Both the position numbers and the translations under genes were made by a program. The notes beneath the pieces are model-generated. The model did not search any database, had not been told where the DNA came from, and worked only from the letters and a program-made list of their open reading frames with translations. Of a stretch of DNA of 64,000 bases, positions 40,866 through 50,276 are shown in pieces; the stretch's first letter is position 1; every line of letters begins with the position of its first letter. This DNA is from Candidatus Bathyarchaeia archaeon (lineage in GTDB: Archaea; Thermoproteota; Bathyarchaeia; Bathyarchaeales; Bathycorpusculaceae): NCBI GenBank assembly GCA_038883795.1, contig JAVZLK010000003.1:75202-139201 (forward strand), written 5' to 3'.

Positions 40866-42662
40866 ATGTCAATAGTTAAACCGCCTTCCTTCGAAGAACT
40901 TGTTAAGGCATATGGTTCGCCAAAAAAAGCGGTGCTTCACCTACTAGAAGCTGGATTTTCACCAGAACAGATAACATGGAAAATTGGAATTCCATATCAC
41001 CGCTTACGCCTTTACATGGAAGGAATAGAACCAAAAATAGAGATGTCGTTCTCAAAAATAGTTGAGGTTTATGAGCGCCTCGCAGTCTTACGTGGAAAAA
41101 AGGGGAAAGAAACTGAACTTACAAAATTCTTCCAAAATGAAGATTTACCGTTAGAAATTAAAGCCCGCTTCGCCATTGGAACAATAACAGAAGAGAACCT
41201 AAAAATTGGACCTGGCTTAATTGAGAGAAGCATAAGCCTAGCCACAGACACCCCGTTAAGCGATGTTAGAAAATTTTTGATAGATTATGGAGAGCACGGC
41301 GAAGTTGCTTACTTGCTAAAAAAGCCTAAAAATCCAGAATTGACCGTTGGAGAAGTCTATGAAGCCATTAAATTTTTGCCAAAATTGGGAAGGATTATGG
41401 AAAGGGAACTTTACATTTCAAGCCTTCTGCGAATAAGCACACCAACAGAGGCAAAATATGTTGTCAGACTTCTGCTTGGAGATTTAAAACTTGGCTACTA
41501 CGCCAGCACAGTCGTTAGAGCAGTAGCAAGAGCATATGGAGTGCCGCCCCAACTAGTTGAAAATGCCTCAGCCATACTGGGCTTACCAGAAGCTATGACA
41601 CTCGCCTCAGAAGGAGCGCTTAAACTTTCAGAGGTTAAAATGCGCCCAGGCCAGTTTATCAAACCTCAACTTGCCCACCTTTACGAGCCAGACAAAGTTG
41701 TTTATCCAGCTAGAGCAGAATATAAACTGGATGGAAGTAGACTCCAAATCCATAAGTGGGGCACCCAAATTTGGCTTTACTCGAGAAGAGGCGTTGAAAA
41801 ATCCCAAACGTTGCCTGAAATAGTGCAAATAGCTGAAAATTTCAAGGCGCAAAGCTGTATTGTGGACAGCGAAGTCATAGCCACGGACGATTCTGGAAAC
41901 CCGTTACCTTTTCAAACATTGCTTGAGAGAACAGTTCCAAGAGAACTCACACCTGAAGAACTAGAAGAGAGAAAAAGAAAAGTTAAGGTTACCGTTAAAG
42001 CCTTTGACATACTATTCCTAAACGGTCAAGAACTCGTGAACTTACCCCTTTCGACTAGGCGAAAATACCTATTAGAAGTTGTTCCAACAGAATACATTGT
42101 GGGAGGAGTTGACTGCCAAAGCGAAGTTGAGCTTATGCGCTTTTACGAAGAAGCCTTAAATAAAAAATTTGAAGGAATAGTTGTAAAGAACTTGAATTCG
42201 CCATACGAAATCGGACAACGCACATACACATGGCTTAAACTTAAACCAGAACGAGACACGATAGACTGCACAATAGTAAAAGCCCTATACGGAAAGGGCA
42301 GAAGGGCAGGCCTATACTCGTCATTCCTACTCGCAGTCCGCGACCCCACAGAAAAGAAGCTTTACACAATTGGCAAAGTCTCAAACTTGCCGGAAGAAAC
42401 CATGGACGCCCTAAGAACAATGGTTGAAAACACAAAAACAGGCGAAGATGAAGAAGGCGTATTCGTTAAACCTTCATTGGTGGCGGAAGTTACATATCAA
42501 GAAATTCAAGAAACAGATGAATACACAAGCGGTTTCGCCCTAAGAGTGCCAAAAATTGTTAGGTTTAGAACAGATAAAACCGTTAATGAAATGGACAGCG
42601 TTGAAAAATTGAAAAAACTTTACGAATTGCAATATGAAAGATACCCAGCTCAAACAATTTAG
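40866..42662 (+). CDS. lig: ATP-dependent DNA ligase with an N-terminal HTH-like extension
   Basis: Motif I EYKLDG, DSE, FDILF, EGIVVK, WLKLK and LRVPKIVRFRTDK; canonical DBD begins at Met60 (41043). Confidence 0.93.
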   Translation: MSIVKPPSFEELVKAYGSPKKAVLHLLEAGFSPEQITWKIGIPYHRLRLYMEGIEPKIEMSFSKIVEVYERLAVLRGKKGKETELTKFFQNEDLPLEIKARFAIGTITEENLKIGPGLIERSISLATDTPLSDVRKFLIDYGEHGEVAYLLKKPKNPELTVGEVYEAIKFLPKLGRIMERELYISSLLRISTPTEAKYVVRLLLGDLKLGYYASTVVRAVARAYGVPPQLVENASAILGLPEAMTLASEGALKLSEVKMRPGQFIKPQLAHLYEPDKVVYPARAEYKLDGSRLQIHKWGTQIWLYSRRGVEKSQTLPEIVQIAENFKAQSCIVDSEVIATDDSGNPLPFQTLLERTVPRELTPEELEERKRKVKVTVKAFDILFLNGQELVNLPLSTRRKYLLEVVPTEYIVGGVDCQSEVELMRFYEEALNKKFEGIVVKNLNSPYEIGQRTYTWLKLKPERDTIDCTIVKALYGKGRRAGLYSSFLLAVRDPTEKKLYTIGKVSNLPEETMDALRTMVENTKTGEDEEGVFVKPSLVAEVTYQEIQETDEYTSGFALRVPKIVRFRTDKTVNEMDSVEKLKKLYELQYERYPAQTI

Positions 42663-42700
42663 TTTTACTGTGGATGAACTTTGACTATTTCTCAAAATGG

Positions 42701-43231
42701 CTAGTATAAGCTTCTTCTGCTTAGAACTCTAAATCCAGCGTAAGGTTGGAGAAAAGGAATATCTGCTGTTGTTTTGTATTGTTGGTTTCGGAGTCCCAAG
42801 GAGATTTCAATGAACTCTTTTATGGTAGAGGTGGCAAATTCCCATGTAGGCCTTCCATAAGTAAGTCCATTACATGTGGAATCAGCATATATGAAAAGCG
42901 TTTTTCCACCAAACTCATAAGCGGCTTCTTTTGCGTATCCAAAATCTGGTTTGCCTAAAATTTTGAAGGGCCAGAGCTTGCATGCTTTTGGTTTCATGTG
43001 TTGAAGCCCACATAGGTATATGTTTGAGAGGCTGTATAGGAAAATGCATGAGCCATCGCTTCTTCTTTTTATAAACAGCTTATTTAAGCCTGAGACCGTT
43101 TTGTCTACGCCATAATTGTTCACAATTTTTAACCATTCTTGAAAGTTTAGAACGACACTGTAAGCTTTGCAACATAAACCACATGCTTTGCATTTCCAGT
43201 CAGCGATGTACCGCCATGGAACGAACAGCAT
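42701..43231 (-). CDS. YkgJ-family cysteine cluster (CxxCxxCC) protein
   Basis: CKACGLCC...CIFL...C...KPKACKLWPF. Confidence 0.88.
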   Translation of the reverse strand: MLFVPWRYIADWKCKACGLCCKAYSVVLNFQEWLKIVNNYGVDKTVSGLNKLFIKRRSDGSCIFLYSLSNIYLCGLQHMKPKACKLWPFKILGKPDFGYAKEAAYEFGGKTLFIYADSTCNGLTYGRPTWEFATSTIKEFIEISLGLRNQQYKTTADIPFLQPYAGFRVLSRRSLY

Positions 43232-43285
43232 TTCTGATCTACTCGCCCTTTTCCAATAAATTTCAGAATTATTTTTCTATTAAAA

Positions 43286-43702
43286 TTATTTTGCAAAATT
43301 TCTCAGTTTTTCAGCAAATTCTATGGGAAACTGGGTGGCTTTCCACGTTTTCTTATCTAAGGCTACTATGACCACATAACCATTAGCTAACAAAGCTCCA
43401 GACTCCTTATTGAACACTTTAAAACCATACTTCACAGATTTCTCCCTCAAATCGTCCACCGTTAACTCCACTTCAATGAGATCATTAAATCTTGCTGGTC
43501 TTTTATATTGACAAAAGGCTTCAACCCTAGGAAATAATAGTCCTTTTTCTTCTGCGTCGTTGAAGCTGAAGCCCAGATGTCTATAAAATTCTTCTTCTGT
43601 TCTTTCAAAAAATCTGAAATAATTGGAATAGTGCACAATTTGGGCGGAATCCGTGTCCACCCAGGTGACTCTAAAAGAAGTTTTAAAAGCTGAAGGCACC
43701 AT
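43286..43702 (-). CDS. Acyl-CoA thioesterase (4HBT/YbgC hotdog fold)
   Basis: RVTWVDTDSAQIVHYSNYFRFFE and YKRPARFND motifs. Confidence 0.9.
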   Translation of the reverse strand: MVPSAFKTSFRVTWVDTDSAQIVHYSNYFRFFERTEEEFYRHLGFSFNDAEEKGLLFPRVEAFCQYKRPARFNDLIEVELTVDDLREKSVKYGFKVFNKESGALLANGYVVIVALDKKTWKATQFPIEFAEKLRNFAK

Positions 43703-43728
43703 AAGGTTTCACTTATTAGCGTGAAAAT

Positions 43729-44205
43729 CTAAACTTTCTTGTACAAATAAATTGTGTGAGAAGGATATCCCAAAGTTTGATTCTCACAAAAGTTTACAAC
43801 TTTGACTGGTTTCCACCCAACAATTTCATAATCGTGAGAAACAACTCGGGCTCCGGGTCTAAGTTCAGACTCGAGTTTTGGCTTAATCTTCTCATTTGCA
43901 CTTGTTGTTAAATAAAGGAAAACCACATCAGCTGATGTTAGGTCAACGTGGAACATGTCGCCGTTCACTATTGTGACTTTGTCTTGAAGCCCTTGCTCAT
44001 AAACAGCGCTTAAAGCCTTTTTCACAAGGTCTTCTCTTAATTCTACGCCTACCGCTCTTGCGCCAAAGTCTTTTGCAGCCATTATTACCGCTCTGCCGTC
44101 TCCAGCGCCTAAGTCGAAGAAAACTTCTCTTGGTTTTAATTCAGCCAATATAAGCATTTGACGAATTACTTGCGGCGGGCTTGGAACGTAAGGGGCTATA
44201 TACAT
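43729..44205 (-). CDS. Archaeal protein-lysine methyltransferase (aKMT/FAM173-like)
   Basis: APYVPSP, DLGAGDGR, VVFLYL, NEKIKPKLE.EL.PG.RVVSHDY and HTIYLY match the Sulfolobus aKMT layout and size. Confidence 0.85.
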   Translation of the reverse strand: MYIAPYVPSPPQVIRQMLILAELKPREVFFDLGAGDGRAVIMAAKDFGARAVGVELREDLVKKALSAVYEQGLQDKVTIVNGDMFHVDLTSADVVFLYLTTSANEKIKPKLESELRPGARVVSHDYEIVGWKPVKVVNFCENQTLGYPSHTIYLYKKV

Positions 44206-44285
44206 TTATGAAACCTCTTTTTATGCTTGATTTAGCGTTTTCTGTTTAATCAAAATGTTTTGGCTCTTTTAAAGACTTTTGCATC

Positions 44286-44657
44286 TCAAGCAACGTAAGT
44301 GGCTTTTTTTGGGGTTGGTCTTCTGGCTTCTCCACATTTCATGCAACTTTGAGTACATAATTCCAAGTATTTTCCTTCATCTCCAGAGCCAACGCTTTCT
44401 GCAGCCTTGCGGCATAGTGCACTTGCCTCCTCACATCCACGTTCCTCACAGAGTTTTGAAACGGAATGGCAGATTTCCTGCACATCTTTTGGCTCCAATA
44501 CCGCTCTGTTTGTGCGGACAAGTAGGCAGATTTCTCTGGCTAAAACGCATGTTTGAATGTATTTAATTCTCTCAAGAACTTCTTCCCGCAATCGTTTACG
44601 GCTTATTTCCAAATCTTCATTTCTCCTGAACAATTGATAAGCGATGTTTAGGCACAA
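44286..44657 (-). CDS. Cys-rich helical small protein (start possibly 44612)
   Basis: Nine Cys in helical spacing (Cx6C, Cx3Cx2C); co-oriented between lhr and aKMT. Confidence 0.6.
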   Translation of the reverse strand: MCLNIAYQLFRRNEDLEISRKRLREEVLERIKYIQTCVLAREICLLVRTNRAVLEPKDVQEICHSVSKLCEERGCEEASALCRKAAESVGSGDEGKYLELCTQSCMKCGEARRPTPKKATYVA

Positions 44658-44698
44658 TAAAGCAGCCCTTCATTTAAAAGTTGCTATGCCCTTTTGAG

Positions 44699-47578
44699 TT
44701 ACCAGAACCTTTTGGTAAGGGCTTTCCGTTCTGCTTCCAAAACAAGTTCATAGAATTTGTCGCTAAGCTTTTTCTCTTCTTCAAGAACTTCTTTAACATC
44801 TGATGGTTGAACTTTTCTTGCACAAAGTGCAATCGCAGCGGCTTTTCCATATTTTGTTATTAACTGAGCTGTTTGCAATGCTTGTTTTCGTAGTTTCTCC
44901 TCGCTTTTTGTCAGTTTTTCACCCTTCTTTTCAATGAGCGGAAGCGCCTTCTCCTCTTCCACCTTCAGAAGCCCTATTGCTTGGGAGCCGCATCTTGGAC
45001 ATTTTGGTTTGTCCGGTAAATCCTTGGCTCGTATCATTTCCATGTAGCCCCAGCAGTTTGTGCATATGAAATTGCATGTTTCATTAAGTAATCGGGCTTT
45101 AACAGATTCTATAAGCACAGCGCGCATCCTTTCGGGAGGAATTAAATCAGTTTTCATGCTCACCCTTTCAATTCCAACACGAGCCACTGGTGTTGCATTT
45201 CCGCCAGTTTCAACTTTTTGCAGTTGAATTTCGCCTTCCCGAACTTTCTTAAGCACAAAAACAAGCTTTTCCAAATCCAAATCTTTAGTGAAAACTTCTT
45301 TCAGTGCCTCTTCAAAAATTGGTGTGCCTTCAAAACTTTTTATCAGCCTTTGGAGGCTTACATTGCTGAAGTCAGCCCACTTCTGGAGGGCTCCGAAACG
45401 TCTTGCCACATGAATCATTCTTCTTTTGAAAAGGCCAGTTTTCACAGTTGCCCTTCTCAGAGTGTCCCTAATTGTTTGGTCTGGCATGGCTCGTATTTCA
45501 TCGAAAAGCGCTATGAGTTGGTCAGCGTTTGCGGCGCCCATTGTTTGCACAAATATGCGGTACGGGTCATGTTGGACAACCACGGCGTAGCCTATCTTTT
45601 CAGACAATAACTGGCCAATTAGTTGGGCGAGGGCTCTGTTCGTAAGGGAACCGAAGTTTGCGTGGATTATAACGAATTCTTCCCAATCTTCGATTATTAT
45701 TCGTTTATCTGTTGGAACCAGAATTCCAGCATTTACTTGTTCTATTGTTTCTGCTAAAGCCCGCAAGATTGTATCCTTGTCTGATGGATAATTTTCGCTT
45801 AATTTGGTTGCTGTTTCTTCTGGAGAAAGCCCCTTTAGCATTTGTTCTTCAACAAAACCCCTAATTGCGCCAACTTCTTGCGCCACTTCAAAGGGCACTG
45901 GGATTTCTTCGCCTATCCAGCTTGGTATGGCGCCAGTTGGGTCGTCAACTGGTCTAACATAAACGCGTTCTTCTGATATGTGGAGGATGCGCCATGGGCT
46001 TCCTCTGATGATGAATTTTGTTCCAGGCTTGCCATACTCTGCCATGAAGGCTTCGTCTAAGACGCCTATGGCTGTGTCGCTGGATTCGTCAACAACCAAG
46101 AATTGTTTTTCTTCTGGTATCATTGATAAATTGTCAAAGTAATATTCAAAGAGGGCTTTTGTTCTTCTTGGTTTTAGGACAACTTTGTCTTCAAAGGAAA
46201 CCCATGCCAAACGGGGAAAACGCTGATGCATATACAGAAGAATTTTTTCTATGTCTTCTAATGTTAAATCTTGGTAGGGGTAGGCGTTTCTGAACATTTC
46301 CAAAATCTCGTCGAATTCAAGCCGCCTATTTTTTAGAAGCAAACCAGCTATCTGATGAGCGAGGGCATCGTAAGGCTTTGGTGGAATGTCCACTGGCTCT
46401 AAATCTTCCTTTAGGGCTCTTCTTGCTATGGCTAAAGCCTCAAGTGTATCATCAGAATCCATGGCAACAATTAACCCTTCAGCTATGCGCCCAATTCTGT
46501 GGCCGCTTCTGCCAACCCGCTGAATAAGCCTTGTCACTTGTCTTGGGCTCATGTATTGGATGACCAGGTCTATTCTGCCCACATCTATGCCTAATTCCAG
46601 ACTGCTTGTGCACACAAGCCCTTTTAGTTCGCCTGATTTTAAGCCTCTTTCTGCTGCTATGCGGGATGGTTTGGCAAGGGAGCCATGGTGTATGGAAACT
46701 GGGAAGTCTATGTCCCAAACTTTGAATCTGCTAGCCAAAACTTCTGATATGGCTCTGGTGTTTGTGAACAAAAGCACAGACTTATGCTTGCTCATGTATT
46801 CACGGATTATTCGCAGTCTTGCTGCAACCTCTGGATGCGTATAGAGCTGTTCAGCAAGTTTGAAGTCTAAATCTTCTGGCTTTGGAAAAACAATTTTCAA
46901 CCGCATCATTCTGGCAACTGGAACACGAACAATTTCGATGCTCCTGCCATTGCCAACAAGAAACTGCCCCACCTTCTCTGGACTGCCAATGGTGGCTGAT
47001 AAACCAATTATTTGAAAGTCTCTGCCAATCATAGCTCTAAGCCTTTCTAAGGCTAGAGAAAGCTGACTTCCGCGTTTGCTGTCAGCCATCTCATGAACTT
47101 CGTCAATTATCACCCACCGCACTTGTTGCAGATGCTGGCGCATAATCCAGCCGGACAATATAGCCTGCAAGGTTTCTGGGGTTGTTATTAGAATGTCTGG
47201 GGGGCTTCTGGCTTGTCTTGTCCGCTCCTTTGTTTCCGTATCACCATGCCTAACAGCCAATTTTATGTCTAAATTGTTACACCACCACTCAAGCCTCTCC
47301 AGCATGTCACGGTTTAAAGCCCGCAAAGGCGTAATATATAAGACCTTAATGCCTGGAGTTCCCTGCTGTCCTTGCAAAAGCATGCTTAAGACCGGAAGAA
47401 AGGCAGCTTCAGTTTTGCCGGTAGCCGTTGGCGATATAAGCAAGACATTTTTGCCCTCAAGAATTTTTGGTATGGTTTTTTCTTGGGGTTCTGTTGGTTT
47501 AGAGAATCCCCTCTGCTCAATGAGCCTTCGAATGGGCTTAACAAGCAAGTTAAAAGCGTTTTTCGGCTGGTCTTTCAA
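44699..47578 (-). CDS. lhr: Lhr-family SF2 helicase
   Basis: PTATGKT, TTPET, DEVHE, LSAT, SSLELGID, QRVGRSGH, IPSWIGE and a C-terminal Zn-finger. Confidence 0.95.
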   Translation of the reverse strand: MKDQPKNAFNLLVKPIRRLIEQRGFSKPTEPQEKTIPKILEGKNVLLISPTATGKTEAAFLPVLSMLLQGQQGTPGIKVLYITPLRALNRDMLERLEWWCNNLDIKLAVRHGDTETKERTRQARSPPDILITTPETLQAILSGWIMRQHLQQVRWVIIDEVHEMADSKRGSQLSLALERLRAMIGRDFQIIGLSATIGSPEKVGQFLVGNGRSIEIVRVPVARMMRLKIVFPKPEDLDFKLAEQLYTHPEVAARLRIIREYMSKHKSVLLFTNTRAISEVLASRFKVWDIDFPVSIHHGSLAKPSRIAAERGLKSGELKGLVCTSSLELGIDVGRIDLVIQYMSPRQVTRLIQRVGRSGHRIGRIAEGLIVAMDSDDTLEALAIARRALKEDLEPVDIPPKPYDALAHQIAGLLLKNRRLEFDEILEMFRNAYPYQDLTLEDIEKILLYMHQRFPRLAWVSFEDKVVLKPRRTKALFEYYFDNLSMIPEEKQFLVVDESSDTAIGVLDEAFMAEYGKPGTKFIIRGSPWRILHISEERVYVRPVDDPTGAIPSWIGEEIPVPFEVAQEVGAIRGFVEEQMLKGLSPEETATKLSENYPSDKDTILRALAETIEQVNAGILVPTDKRIIIEDWEEFVIIHANFGSLTNRALAQLIGQLLSEKIGYAVVVQHDPYRIFVQTMGAANADQLIALFDEIRAMPDQTIRDTLRRATVKTGLFKRRMIHVARRFGALQKWADFSNVSLQRLIKSFEGTPIFEEALKEVFTKDLDLEKLVFVLKKVREGEIQLQKVETGGNATPVARVGIERVSMKTDLIPPERMRAVLIESVKARLLNETCNFICTNCWGYMEMIRAKDLPDKPKCPRCGSQAIGLLKVEEEKALPLIEKKGEKLTKSEEKLRKQALQTAQLITKYGKAAAIALCARKVQPSDVKEVLEEEKKLSDKFYELVLEAERKALTKRFW

Positions 47579-47692
47579 GCTTGGTTAAACCTCGAATGCT
47601 AAAGAATAAGCATGAAACCACAAGTAAAAGCATTTTGGAAAACCCTTCAAATAGCTTATATCCGCTTACTATAATGATAAAGAAAGAGAGAA

Positions 47693-48208
47693 ATGTCGTC
47701 AACTAAAAAGAAGAGAAAAAGAAGAAAAAGAGTTCGAAAAAGAAAGGCGCAAATCGAGATAAGACAGATGACGCTGGAAGACCTTTCAGAGGTTTGGCAT
47801 TTAGGCGAGAAAATATTCACACCGTCAAGCTTACAATTCACATATAGGACATGGAACATTGACGAGCTATTATCCTACTTCTACAGCGACCAAGAACTAT
47901 GCCTAGTAGCCGAAAACACTTTCACCAAAAAAATTGTAGGATTCGCCCTAGGAACCATACTGAAACGACCCTTCAGCCCATGGACATATGGCTATTTCGT
48001 TTGGGCTGGAGTGCAAAAAATGAGGCAAAAAAGCGGAGTTGGAAGAAGGTTGTATAAGGAGTTGGAGAAGCGGTTCAAGGATAAGGGCGCCCGTATTGTA
48101 ATAGTTGATGTGGAAAGCAGCAATCAAGCAGGCATACATTATATTAAGAAATTAGGATTTAAGGAAGCCCAATCTTATATATGGTACTCAAAGAACATAG
48201 AACAGTAA
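47693..48208 (+). CDS. GNAT N-acetyltransferase with a polybasic N-terminal tail
   Basis: QKSGVGRRL AcCoA motif, N..GI.YIKKLGF, and N-terminal KKKRKRRKRVRKRK. Confidence 0.85.
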   Translation: MSSTKKKRKRRKRVRKRKAQIEIRQMTLEDLSEVWHLGEKIFTPSSLQFTYRTWNIDELLSYFYSDQELCLVAENTFTKKIVGFALGTILKRPFSPWTYGYFVWAGVQKMRQKSGVGRRLYKELEKRFKDKGARIVIVDVESSNQAGIHYIKKLGFKEAQSYIWYSKNIEQ

Positions 48209-48724
48209 AAAATGATAGATCAGTAGGATATCCTTTCACATAATGTTTTAGGTATTATATGTGTTTGTTGGATGATTTTGCATTTTTGATGTAATTTGTG
48301 AAACTTGTTTAATGTTGTTTCTCATTAAATCTGCTATTGAAGCAAATTCATGCGTCACTAAAAAATAATCTTTATGCCCATCTTAAACGTGTCATCAATA
48401 GCTTTTTCCTTGAACTTTGTCATCAGCATTTGTTAAAAGCTTATTTTAATGTCTGTTAAATCCCATGTTAACATGGTTTGTGCCAAATTTAGAAGAATAT
48501 TCACACAAATTAAGTCAAATTTTCCTTCATTAAGCACGTTCTTCAAATCACATACGCATTTTTAGGTTTTAACTTGAAAGCTTTTGCAAAATATTTTCCA
48601 TGATTTGTAAGGAAGATGTTTAAACTTGATGTCTAATCTGGGGTTTTCTATTCGAAAACAATGGAAAGTTTTTTATGTATCATCATACGAAACCATGGTA
48701 ATCGAGGATATTGGAGGAAATTAA

Positions 48725-48895
48725 ATGGCTAAATGTCCAAAATGTGGAACCGTTGTTAACACGCCTAAGAAGAAATGGACGATGGCTGGACGCCCAGACA
48801 AATCCGGAAAAAGAATGCAATTAGAAATCGGACTCTTCGACTGTCCCAAATGCAAGAAGCCATTCCGAGAAGTCCTAAGCAAGAAGAAAGTTTAA
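48725..48895 (+). CDS. Zn-ribbon Cren7-like chromatin protein (56 aa, not in ORF track)
   Basis: MAKCPKCGTVVNTPKKKWTMAGRPDKSGKRMQLEIGLFDCPKCKKPFREVLSKKKV; SD GGAGG at 48713-48717; P.K.W, IGLF and K.FR..L match Cren7. Confidence 0.8.
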   Translation: MAKCPKCGTVVNTPKKKWTMAGRPDKSGKRMQLEIGLFDCPKCKKPFREVLSKKKV

Positions 48896-48911
48896 AATAG
48901 CCTAAAAGCAA

Positions 48912-49139
48912 ATGGCGACCTCAATGCCTAAAAGTCAAACAAAAGAACACATCTGCCCAGAATGTGGAACACTTGCAAAGGAACCATACAAAACATGGGA
49001 GCTTATCGCTCCGTTTCCAGACAAAAAGATGAGGATAACCCTAACAATCTTCGGCATGTACGAATGTCCAAAATGTGGCAAAAAATTCAAAGACATAGTG
49101 AGTAAAGCCAAGCTGGGCGCAGAAGGCATAGAACTTTAG
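48912..49139 (+). CDS. Second Zn-ribbon Cren7-like protein
   Basis: CPECG...PYKTWELIAPFPDKK...FGMYECPKCGKKFK; paralog of the upstream small ORF. Confidence 0.75.
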   Translation: MATSMPKSQTKEHICPECGTLAKEPYKTWELIAPFPDKKMRITLTIFGMYECPKCGKKFKDIVSKAKLGAEGIEL

Positions 49140-49150
49140 GCTTACACTTA

Positions 49151-49180
49151 TCCCCTCTTCCCCTATTTTTCCTGTTTTTC
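49151..49180 (+). terminator. Pyrimidine-rich terminator
   Basis: TCCCCTCTTCCCCTATTTTTCCTGTTTTTC after the Cren7-like pair. Confidence 0.5.
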
Positions 49181-49247
49181 ACCGTTAAGTTTTAAAACAT
49201 GGATGCTTAAATCAACAAGAACTCTTTAGCAAAGGAAGCGTAAATAA

Positions 49248-50189
49248 TTGGCATTAGAAACTCTAAAAAAACTTTGGAAAAACGAATATTTCCAAACAAT
49301 TATAACACTTATCTTGCTCGTTGTACTTGTTTTCGGCTTCTGGTATATCACTCAAACAGCATTAAGAACAGAATACCCCGCGTTGGCGGTGGCTTCTCAA
49401 AGCATGCTGCCAACATTAAATGTAGGCGACCTCATAATAGTTCAAGGGGTCCCTCCGGAAGAAATAAACGCAGCTCCGATGACTGGCGACATTATTGTCT
49501 TCAAAAAAGCAGGTAATGACCTTGTGGTCCATAGGGCAATTGAAAAAATAAGCGGCCGAAATGGTTATTTATTCGTAACGAAGGGAGATAACAACCCAAG
49601 TCCAGACCCTGAAAAGGTTGATGGAAAAGCAATTGTAGGGAGGGTTGTGGCAAGAATTCCCTGGATAGGCAATTTTGCTTTACTATTGCATTCGCAACAA
49701 AACATTTTTCTTTTTACAATTTTCATTCTAATCTTAATTGCCATTTTTCTCTTTTTCCCTTTTGAAACTAAAGAAGAAAAGGAAAGTGAAGAGACGTTAC
49801 TTTTTGGAAAAATACCGCTTAAAATGATTTATCTTGTAACTCTAAACATTTTTCTTATAGGTCTAATCATTTTTGGTCTTTGGGGGGCTTTTACTTTTTG
49901 GAACCCTGGCGCTGGTTCGAATAGTCAAGGCATGTATGTCACGATTTACGGAATGTTTTCTGACGTTAACTTTCATGAAACGCATTCCCTCGAAGCTTTT
50001 CTATATCAAGGTTTTCTCACATATACAATTAATTGTCAATTAAGCGATGGGCTGCGAACCGGCGTTCCAACATTTTCATGGAGCCAAGCTGCAATAATCC
50101 TTCTTATGCTGTTGGATGCTTGGACTTTGATAAAGATTTTAAGAAAAAAGGGGAAATTGAAGCTTAAACGAGGGCGAGAGGGCATTTAA
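49248..50189 (+). CDS. Signal peptidase I (S26B/Sec11 type) with an extended multi-TM C-terminus
   Basis: SQSMLPTL..GDL, VVHR and TKGDNN...D motifs. Confidence 0.9.
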   Translation: MALETLKKLWKNEYFQTIITLILLVVLVFGFWYITQTALRTEYPALAVASQSMLPTLNVGDLIIVQGVPPEEINAAPMTGDIIVFKKAGNDLVVHRAIEKISGRNGYLFVTKGDNNPSPDPEKVDGKAIVGRVVARIPWIGNFALLLHSQQNIFLFTIFILILIAIFLFFPFETKEEKESEETLLFGKIPLKMIYLVTLNIFLIGLIIFGLWGAFTFWNPGAGSNSQGMYVTIYGMFSDVNFHETHSLEAFLYQGFLTYTINCQLSDGLRTGVPTFSWSQAAIILLMLLDAWTLIKILRKKGKLKLKRGREGI

Positions 50190-50243
50190 ATACACGCCAT
50201 TCTTCAATTTTATGGTGTGGGAAAGGTTTTTGAGACCTAAGGC

Positions 50244-50260
50244 TTTATAAAGGTATTTAA
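50244..50260 (+). promoter_or_regulatory. Putative TATA elements upstream of tbp
   Basis: TTTATAA and TATTTAA 25-40 nt upstream of the ATG at 50286. Confidence 0.4.
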
Positions 50261-50276
50261 GCATTCAATATGAAAA

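Noticed and set aside
48209-48724. Replication origin or C/D-box sRNA
   Set aside because: No convincing ORB repeats, adjacent cdc6 or paired C/D boxes could be identified by eye.
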